A DNA stretch of 64,000 nt from Alphaproteobacteria bacterium (GTDB taxonomy: Bacteria; Pseudomonadota; Alphaproteobacteria; UBA828), in the NCBI GenBank assembly GCA_965214705.1, contig OZ243972.1:3904001-3968000 (forward strand). Direction: 5' to 3'. Of this stretch, positions 56,315 through 64,000 are shown piece after piece. The position numbers and the translations under genes were made by a program. A model generated the notes under the pieces. The model searched no databases. It was not told the DNA's origin and saw nothing but the letters and a program-made list of their open reading frames with translations. Position 1 is the first letter of the stretch. The number at the start of each line of letters is the position of its first letter.

Positions 56315-57577
56315 ATGAGAACCGACACACTGCACGTCGTCCATGCTCGTGCCGCCGGCATTGACGTGCACAAGATGCAGATCACCACATCGATCCGCAT
56401 CTGTGCACCCGGCGGCGGCGAGCCGCAGATCGCGACGCGGACCTTCGAGGCTCTGCCCAGCGGCATCGACGAGATGGTGGCATGGATGCTCGCGCGCAAA
56501 GTCGATGCCGCAGTGATGGAGGGCACCGGCATCTACTGGGTGGCACCGTTCGAAGCGCTGGAGGCGGCCGGCATCTCCGTGGTGCTGGTCAACGCCCGGC
56601 AGGTCAAGCAGCTGAAGGGCCGCAAGACCGATGTGGCGGACAGCGTCTGGCTGGCGCGGGTCTGTCAGTTCGGTCTGGCAAGCCCCAGCCACGTGCCGCC
56701 CAAGGCGTTCCGGGAGATGCGCGCACTTACCCGCTACCGGCGCGCCCTCGTCGGTCAGCGCAGCCGGGTGCGCAATCGGGTGCAGAAGGTCCTGGACCGC
56801 AGCGGCGTGCGCGTCGGCGGTGTCCTCTCCGACGTCTTCGGCACGAACGGGAGACGGGTTCTCGACGGCTTGGCTGAGGGGCTCGGACCGGACGCCATCC
56901 TGGCCTCGCTCAGCCACCATGTGGCGCACAAGGTCGAGCGGCTCGGCGACGCCCTCAGCCTCTCCCTCAGCGCTGCGGACCGCCTGATCCTGTGCGATCT
57001 GCTTCGCGAGCACGATGCGCTGGAGGAGCGCATCCAGGGGTTCGACCGGGCCATCGACGATGGCTTCGTGCCCTGGGAGGACCGCATCCTGCTTCTCCAG
57101 ACCATCCCCGGGATCGACCGGGCCTCGGCCTGCGCCATCCTCGCCGAGATCGGCCCCGACCTCGACGCCTTCGGCTCCACTGATCGGCTTGCCGCATGGG
57201 CCGGTCTCTGTCCCGGCAACAGCCAAAGCGCCGGAAAGCGCCGTGCCGCCCGCACACGCATGGGCAGCAAGACCCTGCGCGCCGTGCTCGTCGAATGCGC
57301 TCATGGCGCGGCGCGAACCCATGGCTGCCAGTTCCGCGGCTACCACAAGGCTCTCATGATCCGACGCGGTTACAAGCGGGCCATCGTCGCCACCGCGCAC
57401 AAGATGCTGCGGGTCCTCTACGTCGTGTTGCGCGACGCCAAGCCTTACTACGATCCGGAAGCCGACTACGAAGCCCTCATGGTCAGGCGAAATGCCCCGC
57501 GCTGGATCCGCATGCTCCGCCGGCACGGCTTGCTCGAGCCCGGTCGTATCCCAACTGCCATGGCCGCGACCGCCTGA
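56315..57577 (+). CDS. IS110 DEDD recombinase
   Basis: GIDVHK, MEGTGIYW, RKTDVADS, TIPGI and WAGLCPGNSQSAGK; GAGG RBS. Confidence 0.95.
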   Translation: MRTDTLHVVHARAAGIDVHKMQITTSIRICAPGGGEPQIATRTFEALPSGIDEMVAWMLARKVDAAVMEGTGIYWVAPFEALEAAGISVVLVNARQVKQLKGRKTDVADSVWLARVCQFGLASPSHVPPKAFREMRALTRYRRALVGQRSRVRNRVQKVLDRSGVRVGGVLSDVFGTNGRRVLDGLAEGLGPDAILASLSHHVAHKVERLGDALSLSLSAADRLILCDLLREHDALEERIQGFDRAIDDGFVPWEDRILLLQTIPGIDRASACAILAEIGPDLDAFGSTDRLAAWAGLCPGNSQSAGKRRAARTRMGSKTLRAVLVECAHGAARTHGCQFRGYHKALMIRRGYKRAIVATAHKMLRVLYVVLRDAKPYYDPEADYEALMVRRNAPRWIRMLRRHGLLEPGRIPTAMAATA

Positions 57578-58352
57578 AGCATTACCTGGTCGGAGCACGG
57601 TCGGCACCGGGCCACAATCCAGGGCAGCCCGAAGTCCGACCGCGTCTCCAAGCACCGCGAGCGCGGCCTCACGCCGACAACGCGACGCCTCGTCGTAATT
57701 CCCCTACTCGTGCCCGTCCCGAAGAAACTTTCACGGCAAAACGGCGCACGCCAGCGAGCAGCAACGCGCTGACGTGCTCAGGCGCAGGCGCGCCTGGGTC
57801 GAAGCCCAGCCCGGGCTCGACCCTGAGAAGCTGGTCTTCGTGGATGAGACCGGTGCTTCCACCAAAATGGCGCGGCGCTCAGGCCGAGCTTTGCGCGGAC
57901 ACCGCTGCCGCGCTCCGGTGCCTCATGGCCATTGGAAGACCACGACCTTCGTCGGCGCGCTGAGGCTGAGCGGAATGACCGCGCCCATGGTGCTCGACGG
58001 CGCCATGCACGGCGTCGCCTTCCTCGCCTACGTAGACAAGGTGCTGGTGCCGACACTTAAACCCGGCGATATCGTGGTGATGGACAACCTTGCCTGCCAC
58101 CGCAGTGCCGCCGCCCGCGAGGCTATCCAAAGGGCCGGGGCCGAGCTCCGCTTCCTGCCGCCCTACAGCCCCGACTTCAACCCGATCGAGATGGCCTTCT
58201 CCAAGCTCAAGGCCTCCCTCAAGCGCCGCGCAGCCCGCACCCTTCCAGAACTCTGGGACGCCATCGGCGAAGCCACAGACAACTTCACACCCGCCGAGTG
58301 CCAAAACTACTTCGCTGCTGCAGGATATGACCACGTATGATCGGATAGTGCT

Positions 58353-59432
58353 CTAGTTGTGGTTGGCGTGAGCACCATTGTTGGGGGCGGGGGCAGGGGC
58401 CTCCGCGCTGGGAGGCCATGTGTCGCTGAGTCTATAGCCCTCCGGCCATGGATCGCGCGGGTCGAGGTGGAGTTAGGTCGTACCGGTCAGCCAGGCACGA
58501 CCCGAGATCGACGGCAGGATCGCCGGGCGTCCGTCCAAGGTGGTTTCCCCCTCGATGCGGCAGTCGAAGACGGAATCGATGATCGACACTCCGCGGAAGC
58601 GGTCGCCGAGCCCGAGTTCGCCCCGCGCGTGCAGCACCGCCATGCGTGCCGAGCAGCCGGTACCGGTCGGACTGCGGTCGATCTTGCCCGGCCGGATTAC
58701 CACCGCGTTGCGGCCCGTCGGAACGCCGTCGATGCTCTGAAGCGGCGCCGCGATCTGGCAGAACGAGATATGCCGCCAATCGGGGTTTTCGGGATGGACG
58801 AAGCCCAACTGCTCGTTGGCGGCACGGGTGATCCGAATCCCCGTCTCGACGATGTCCCGCGCTTCGTCAGGGCTGAGTGCGAAGCCGAGCGCCTCCGAAT
58901 CCACCAGCACGAAGCTGTCGCCGCCATAAGCGGTGTCCACAGTGAGCGTTCCGAGCCCTTCCACCTCGAGCGCGGCCCCAAGCCGCGCCGCGAAGGAAGC
59001 CACGTTGTGCACGCGGACGGAGTCGACCCGCCCCTCGTTGCAGGCGGCATGCACCCGGATGAGGCCGCCAGGTGCTTCCAGAGTCATCACCGTCTCGGGT
59101 TCGGTCATCGGCAAGATGCCTGTTTCCAGTAACACCGTGGCGACGCAGAGGCTATTCGATCCCGACATCGGCGGCGTGTCCTCGGGCTCCATGATGATGA
59201 AGCCCATGTCGGCGCGAGGATCCTTCGGCGGCACCAGCAGGTTGACATGTCGGAACACGCCGCCGCGTGGCTCGTTCAACACGAAGCGGCGGAGCGACTG
59301 GTCGCGGGCGATGAAGCGTGACTGCTCCCAGAGCGTGTCACCTGGCGGCGGGGCGACGCCGCCGATGATGACATCGCCCACCTCGCCTTCCGCATGGCAG
59401 CCGACGATTTGCACGAGGCGTTGCGATCGCAT
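58353..59432 (-). pseudogene. Proline racemase family protein (Ser/Thr type) with premature TAA at 58473-58475
   Basis: HAEGE, PMSGSN and DRSPTGT; the frame continues past the TAA as LHLDPRDPWPEGYRLSDTW to a TAG at the IS630 insertion site. Confidence 0.85.
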
Positions 59433-59566
59433 TGTTCACTCCACGATGAGGTCGATGCCGGCGCTGATCTCTGCGCCCGGATCCTCGGCGAAGGCCAGTA
59501 ATATAGCCCTTGCCCGATTGCTCGAGAGTGGTCGTCGCGCACGCGCTCTCGGAGGAGCGCCGGTGC

Positions 59567-60871
59567 TTATTCAATCCCCATGACCAGCCTGGGCAGTGCC
59601 AGCGAGAGGTCGGGAATGAATGTGACGATCAGCACCATGGGCAGGTGACCCAAACACAACAGCTTCATCGTTGGCACGACGTACTTGTCCAGCGAGAGCT
59701 TGCTGATCCCCGCCGCCATGTAAAGCATGGGCGCGCACGGCGGCGAGACGTTCCCGAGCCCGAGATTAGTGCCGACGATCGCCGCGAAGTGGATGGGATG
59801 GACGCCGATCTCCGTCGCCACCGGCAGCAGCACGATCGCCGCGAGCACGCTGCCTGACACGTCGACCACGATCATGCCGATCAACAGCAGGATCAGGTTG
59901 ATCATCAGGAGCACGAAAATGCGGTTTTCGGTCAGCGCGATCAGCGCGTCCGCCACGTCCTTCGGCACTTGTTCCAGAATCATCGCGCGGCTCATGACGA
60001 ACAGGAAGAACAGCACCGCGATGATCGATCCTGTGGTGACCGCTGCGCGCCCGATGGCCTTGGGGAAGTTCTGCAATGTGAGGCCCCGGTAGAACACGAA
60101 GCCCACGACCACCGTGTAGACGAAGGCGATCGCGGCGGCCTCGGTCGGTGTCGCGATACCGGAGTAGATGCTGCCGAGGATGAAGACCGGCAGCAGCAGC
60201 GCCCAGAAGGCCTTGGCGCCCGTGGTGCCCACGCGGCGCACCGCGACGCGGGCCGGAACCCGTTCCTCGACCGTGATGGTCTTCACCTTGCGCAGGAACA
60301 GGAAGTTCAAGCCGACATAGACGACTGTCAGCAAGACGCCGGGAATGATGGTTGAGAGAAAGGCAGCACCCACCGAGATTCCGCCAGTGACGGCAAAGAC
60401 GATCATGGGAATGGAGGGCGGGATCATGAGTGCCAAAACCGAGGAGCAGGCCACCAGCGCGGTCGCATGGCCGGGCGGATATCCCTCCCGCACCATGCGC
60501 GGAATCATGATCGACCCGATGGCGGCGATGGCCGCCGATGACGAGCCGGAGATCGCGCCGAACAGCGCACAAGTGACGATGGTCACGGCGCCGAGTCCAC
60601 CCTTCAGCCTGCCGACCAGCGCGTTCACGAAGTTGAGCAGGCGGTCGGACATCCCCCCTTCGGCCATGATGGTGCCGGCCATCACGAAGAGCGGCAGCGC
60701 GAGCAGGGCGAAGCTCGAGGTCGTCTGGTAGGCGAAGGGGATGAGGAAGGAGATGTCCGAGCCGGACGCGAGGCCGAACACCAGCGCGCCGATGCCGAAG
60801 GCGAACGCGATCGGCATCTCCGACAAGAGCAGTATGACGACGAGCGCGATAGAGCCGAGAAAGACGAGCAC
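59567..60871 (-). CDS. dctM: TRAP transporter large permease
   Basis: LALPLFV.AG, FGAISGSS, IPPSI, ATPTEAA and SPP; GTG start. Confidence 0.92.
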   Translation of the reverse strand: MLVFLGSIALVVILLLSEMPIAFAFGIGALVFGLASGSDISFLIPFAYQTTSSFALLALPLFVMAGTIMAEGGMSDRLLNFVNALVGRLKGGLGAVTIVTCALFGAISGSSSAAIAAIGSIMIPRMVREGYPPGHATALVACSSVLALMIPPSIPMIVFAVTGGISVGAAFLSTIIPGVLLTVVYVGLNFLFLRKVKTITVEERVPARVAVRRVGTTGAKAFWALLLPVFILGSIYSGIATPTEAAAIAFVYTVVVGFVFYRGLTLQNFPKAIGRAAVTTGSIIAVLFFLFVMSRAMILEQVPKDVADALIALTENRIFVLLMINLILLLIGMIVVDVSGSVLAAIVLLPVATEIGVHPIHFAAIVGTNLGLGNVSPPCAPMLYMAAGISKLSLDKYVVPTMKLLCLGHLPMVLIVTFIPDLSLALPRLVMGIE

Positions 60872-60873
60872 GG

Positions 60874-61518
60874 TTATCTCCGCCTGGACGCGCGGAGACG
60901 GACTTGCAGATCCAGGAACTGGTGGACCGCCTGAAGCAGCATGTAGACCGTGGTCGCGACGAAGCCGACGATGAGCGAGGCCGACCACAACCCCTTGGGC
61001 CAGCGCATGTAGGAGCTCAGCCGGCCGGTCCCGATCTCGAAGAGCGCGTACTTGATCGCGAAGTAGCCGAAGATCGCGCAAGCGCCGACGCTGAGCACGG
61101 TCACGACCAAGCGGACGGCCTGCACGGCGGTCGGATTGCGCACGACCATGGTCAGGATGCCGCCGTGGATGTGCTCGCCGTCACGGGTGACGTAGGCGAT
61201 GCCGAGGAAATAGAACCAGGCGCCGAAGAGCAGCGACAGCTCCTCGATCCCCACGAACGGCGAGGCGAAGGCGTAGCGCAGCACGACCTGGGTGAACATC
61301 AGCCCGGCGAGGGCGAGGCCGAAGGCGATGATGAAGACGTAGAGGACGCGCTGGACGATGGCCTCGACGGAGAGCACCCAGCGCAGCTTCTCCGCCAATG
61401 CGCCCGTGGGCAGTGGGCTCAGGCGCTCGGGCGGTTCGGACCGGTCATGATCGGGATCGTTGTCATTTGACGAGGCACCCTCGGAAGGTCGGGAGCGATG
61501 GTCCGACTTCCGGCTCAT
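60874..61518 (-). CDS. dctQ: TRAP transporter small permease
   Basis: QVVLRY, EELS and HI motifs; 4 TM segments. Confidence 0.88.
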   Translation of the reverse strand: MSRKSDHRSRPSEGASSNDNDPDHDRSEPPERLSPLPTGALAEKLRWVLSVEAIVQRVLYVFIIAFGLALAGLMFTQVVLRYAFASPFVGIEELSLLFGAWFYFLGIAYVTRDGEHIHGGILTMVVRNPTAVQAVRLVVTVLSVGACAIFGYFAIKYALFEIGTGRLSSYMRWPKGLWSASLIVGFVATTVYMLLQAVHQFLDLQVRLRASRRR

Positions 61519-61596
61519 GTCGGCGGGTCCCCGATCAAGAAGCCGTCCGGGTGCCGAAGCACCCGGACGCAGTCACTGGAGAATTCTCAGGAATCA

Positions 61597-62625
61597 CTAC
61601 TCGACGCCGACGACCTGCCGGATCTTGTCCATGATCTCCTTGCCAACGACGGCCTCCATCGCCGGCCACTCGTTGTCGTAGACGATCTGCTTTGCGGCGC
61701 TCATCTGCTCGTCGCTCAGCTCGACCACGTTGATGCCGGCATCGCGCGCCTTCTGCAGGAACTCGTCGCTCTTGCTCTTGGCCTCCTTCCAGGACCAGCC
61801 GATGGTGTTGTCGGCGGCGGCCTGCAAGGCGGTGCGATCTTCCTCGGAAAGGCCGTCCCACCAGTCCTTGTTCACGAGCCAGAAGGCGACCTCGAAGTAG
61901 TCGTTGGTAAGGATGTTGGCCTCGAGCACGTCGCGCAGCGTGTAGGTCTCGACCGCGGTCGAGAACGAACGCGCATCCACGGTCCCGAGCTGCAGGGCCG
62001 TGTGCACCTCGGAGAGCGGAATGGGCACCGCAGCGAAACCGAAGCTGTTGAAGCGGTCGACCGCGATCGCAAGCCCCGGAACGCGGATCTTCATGCCGGC
62101 GGGGTCATCCGGGAAGTTCATCGGAAGCTCGCCGACGCCCTTGCGGATCACCACGGAGCCGAAATCTGTCGGGATGATTCCAAGAGCGTACAGGCCGAGG
62201 TCGGCCAGCATGTCGTTGTACACGCCCAGCATGCCGGCGCCGGGGCCGTAGAGCGCCTCCGCGTCCTCCCAGTTGGAGACGATGTAGCCCAGGTAGATCA
62301 GGTCCAGCCGCGAGTCGAATTCCGACGAAGCCCAGGTCAGCGTCATCGGCACGACGCCCTGCATGGCCTGCTCGAACAGCGACGTCCAGTCGCCGAGATC
62401 GCCGCCCGGGTGATACTCGATCTCGATCCCGCTCTGGTCTGCCAGGTCGGCGATATACCGTTCCGAGATGGCGTGGAACACGTGATCGACGTTCATCGCG
62501 TGCGCGAAGATGAAGCTCTCCGCCGCGGCGGCCTTCTGAGTCTCGGCCTGAAAAGCCATCGCGCCGAGCGCAATTCCTGCCGCGGTCAGGCCGGGCAAGA
62601 CTAATTTGCGAAGTGGGGTATTCAT
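61597..62625 (-). CDS. dctP: TRAP transporter substrate-binding protein
   Basis: Signal peptide; GMKIRVP and VPIPLSEVHTALQLGTVD. Confidence 0.9.
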   Translation of the reverse strand: MNTPLRKLVLPGLTAAGIALGAMAFQAETQKAAAAESFIFAHAMNVDHVFHAISERYIADLADQSGIEIEYHPGGDLGDWTSLFEQAMQGVVPMTLTWASSEFDSRLDLIYLGYIVSNWEDAEALYGPGAGMLGVYNDMLADLGLYALGIIPTDFGSVVIRKGVGELPMNFPDDPAGMKIRVPGLAIAVDRFNSFGFAAVPIPLSEVHTALQLGTVDARSFSTAVETYTLRDVLEANILTNDYFEVAFWLVNKDWWDGLSEEDRTALQAAADNTIGWSWKEAKSKSDEFLQKARDAGINVVELSDEQMSAAKQIVYDNEWPAMEAVVGKEIMDKIRQVVGVE

Positions 62626-62693
62626 CGTTCCATCTCCTCTTCGTTGCACTGGTTGTCGAAACAAATTCCAGGGGCACTCCCTTCAAATCGCCC

Positions 62694-63002
62694 CTAAACC
62701 TTCACGTAGACTTGGCCGTCTTCCGCCTTCACGGGATAGGTGTTGAGATCGACGAAGGGCGGCGGCGAGATCACCTCTCCCGTCCGGATATCGAAGCGGC
62801 CCTGGTGAAGCGGGCACTCGATGACGTGGCCGGTTAGAAGCCCCTCCTCGAGGTGCTCCTCCTCGTGCGTGCACATGCCATCGGTGCAGTAAAAGCCGTC
62901 CTCGGCCTTGTAGATCGCGTAGGTTCGGCCCGCGTGGTCCCAGCGGATGAGGTCCTCATCCTCGATGTCGTCGCAGGCGCAGGCGCGAACCCAGTCGGCC
63001 AT
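62694..63002 (-). CDS. Rieske ferredoxin (MocE-like)
   Basis: CTHE..HL.EG and IECPLHQGRFDIRTG. Confidence 0.9.
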   Translation of the reverse strand: MADWVRACACDDIEDEDLIRWDHAGRTYAIYKAEDGFYCTDGMCTHEEEHLEEGLLTGHVIECPLHQGRFDIRTGEVISPPPFVDLNTYPVKAEDGQVYVKV

Positions 63003-63012
63003 CGTTGCTCTC

Positions 63013-63855
63013 CTAGGTGTTGAAGACCGGGCGCGCATCCAGCGCCTCGAGAAGCCTTTGGTGCTCGTTCGGCAGCATCGAGACCGAGGTCGCGGCGTCG
63101 GGATAGGCGCCGGTTATGACTGCGTGCCGGTATTCGCTCAGGGCTCGCCGCCGTTCGACAGCGAGGTGCGCACGGATCGAATTGAGGTCGGCGAAGGCCT
63201 TGGCGTGACCCGGGGGACGGTCAGACTCCCCGCAGATGTCGACCAGGAACATGAAGATGACGTCGCCGGCGGACCCGGCGCCGATGGAATGCGTGACCAA
63301 CTTCGTCAGCGGATTGATCGCCGCGAGCGCCTCGGCCGCCACGCACTCGACCTCGGCGGCGTAGGCGCCGGCGTCCTCGAGGCGGCGGAAATCCTCTGCC
63401 AGCTCGACGGCTTCCTCCGCCGTCTTGCCGATGATCCGCAAGCCCCCGCGCCGGGTCGAGAGCCTCGGCACCAGGCCGAGATGGCCCTGAACGGCAAGCC
63501 CCTCCTTGGCCAGCATCTCGACCATGCGCAGGCTGCGCGGCGTGTAGACTGCGTCCGCGCCGATCTCCGCCGCCCTGACGGCAGCGCGCATGATGTCGTC
63601 GGGCGTCTGGTGTGCCGTCATCGGGAGATCGGCGATGATGAAGGTCTCGGGCGCGCCGGCTCGGACCGCGGGAAGGTCCGCGTCCGACGTGTTCAGCACG
63701 TCGATGCCGACCGCTTCGCAGGCCGCTGCTTCCTCCTCCGTCGCCGGGCAGGTCTGGCAAAGCCTGACAGTGCCCTTGAGCGCGATCAGATCGGCCACGG
63801 TGAAGTTGCGCCGAGCCGGCCTGCCGCCATAGGTGTAGATGCGCTTGCGCGTCAC
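63013..63855 (-). CDS. PanB-like (ketopantoate hydroxymethyltransferase-fold) protein
   Basis: IADLP, GHLGLVP, LEDAGA..EVECV and SIGAG; the canonical GDS motif is missing. Confidence 0.75.
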   Translation of the reverse strand: MTRKRIYTYGGRPARRNFTVADLIALKGTVRLCQTCPATEEEAAACEAVGIDVLNTSDADLPAVRAGAPETFIIADLPMTAHQTPDDIMRAAVRAAEIGADAVYTPRSLRMVEMLAKEGLAVQGHLGLVPRLSTRRGGLRIIGKTAEEAVELAEDFRRLEDAGAYAAEVECVAAEALAAINPLTKLVTHSIGAGSAGDVIFMFLVDICGESDRPPGHAKAFADLNSIRAHLAVERRRALSEYRHAVITGAYPDAATSVSMLPNEHQRLLEALDARPVFNT

Positions 63856-63898
63856 TGCATCGTCGCCTTCGAGATCGTCGTGCAGGCCCCGCCGGCGC

Positions 63899-64000
63899 TC
63901 ACCATGTGCGGGGCCTGGCGGATCCATGCGGCCTTGGTGCTGCGCCCGAGCGAACGCCAAATCACGACCCAGAGCAGATCGAGGTTGGTGGCCCAAAAAC
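63899..64000 (-). CDS. C-terminal end of an unidentified upstream gene
   Basis: Open frame FWATNLDLLWVVIWRSLGRSTKAAWIRQARTW-stop running off the window; product not identifiable. Confidence 0.35.

Larger units (their letters stand above)
56000..57737 (+). mobile_element. IS110-family element inserted in the poly-A run of IS630
   Basis: IS630 sequence stops at TTCAAAAA (55999) and resumes at AAAACGGCGCAC (57738); no TIRs; right end TTTCACGGC. Confidence 0.9.
55560..58353 (+). mobile_element. IS630-family element, copy 2 (both ends present, interrupted by IS110)
   Basis: TIR GAGCATTTTTCGATC / GATCGGATAGTGCTC, TA duplication within CTAG; ORF A 55650-55999; ORF B 57738-58340 with VDET, VMDN and LPPYSPDFNPIE. 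Confidence 0.92.

Noticed and set aside
61548-61567. Hairpin CCGGGTGC-CGAA-GCACCCGG between dctP and dctQ
   Set aside because: Ordinary intercistronic stem typical after solute-binding protein genes.

Overview
High-GC window from a probable alphaproteobacterium (Rhodospirillales-like, inferred from the mgpS-like helicase/hslR/fdxA/carD block, ibpA-DUF1150 with a ROSE-like leader, and a SAM-II riboswitch before metZ). It is mostly catabolic genes: hydantoinase B, amidase, CoA lyase/dehydratase, TauD, 2OG and Rieske oxygenases, LLM/PPOX, BKACE, a FadF-EtfB fusion, ABC and TRAP transporters. Housekeeping genes include glnS, htpG, metZ and tRNA-Pro(GGG). Two IS pile-ups interrupt it. At 14.5-21.4 kb lie an IS5, a MITE, an IS630 remnant, IS66, IS4, a second IS5 and an IS1111-type IS110. 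At 55.6-58.4 kb an IS630 carries an IS110 inserted in its poly-A frameshift site. The strongest observation is in the left non-coding end of this second IS110. It folds by eye into a two-domain RNA with four short segments matching its own insertion site and donor junction, i.e. a candidate bridge RNA, with the target guides in reversed order. Other oddities: a 131-bp etfB/etfA junction duplication with almost only synonymous differences, a start-less BBOX-like ORF, a TPR protein ending in CxxCH, a degenerate phosphoesterase after a CarD with a histone-like N-tail, and a DUF4258/HTH module with paired operators. All calls come from reading the sequence by eye; no database searches or folding programs were run.
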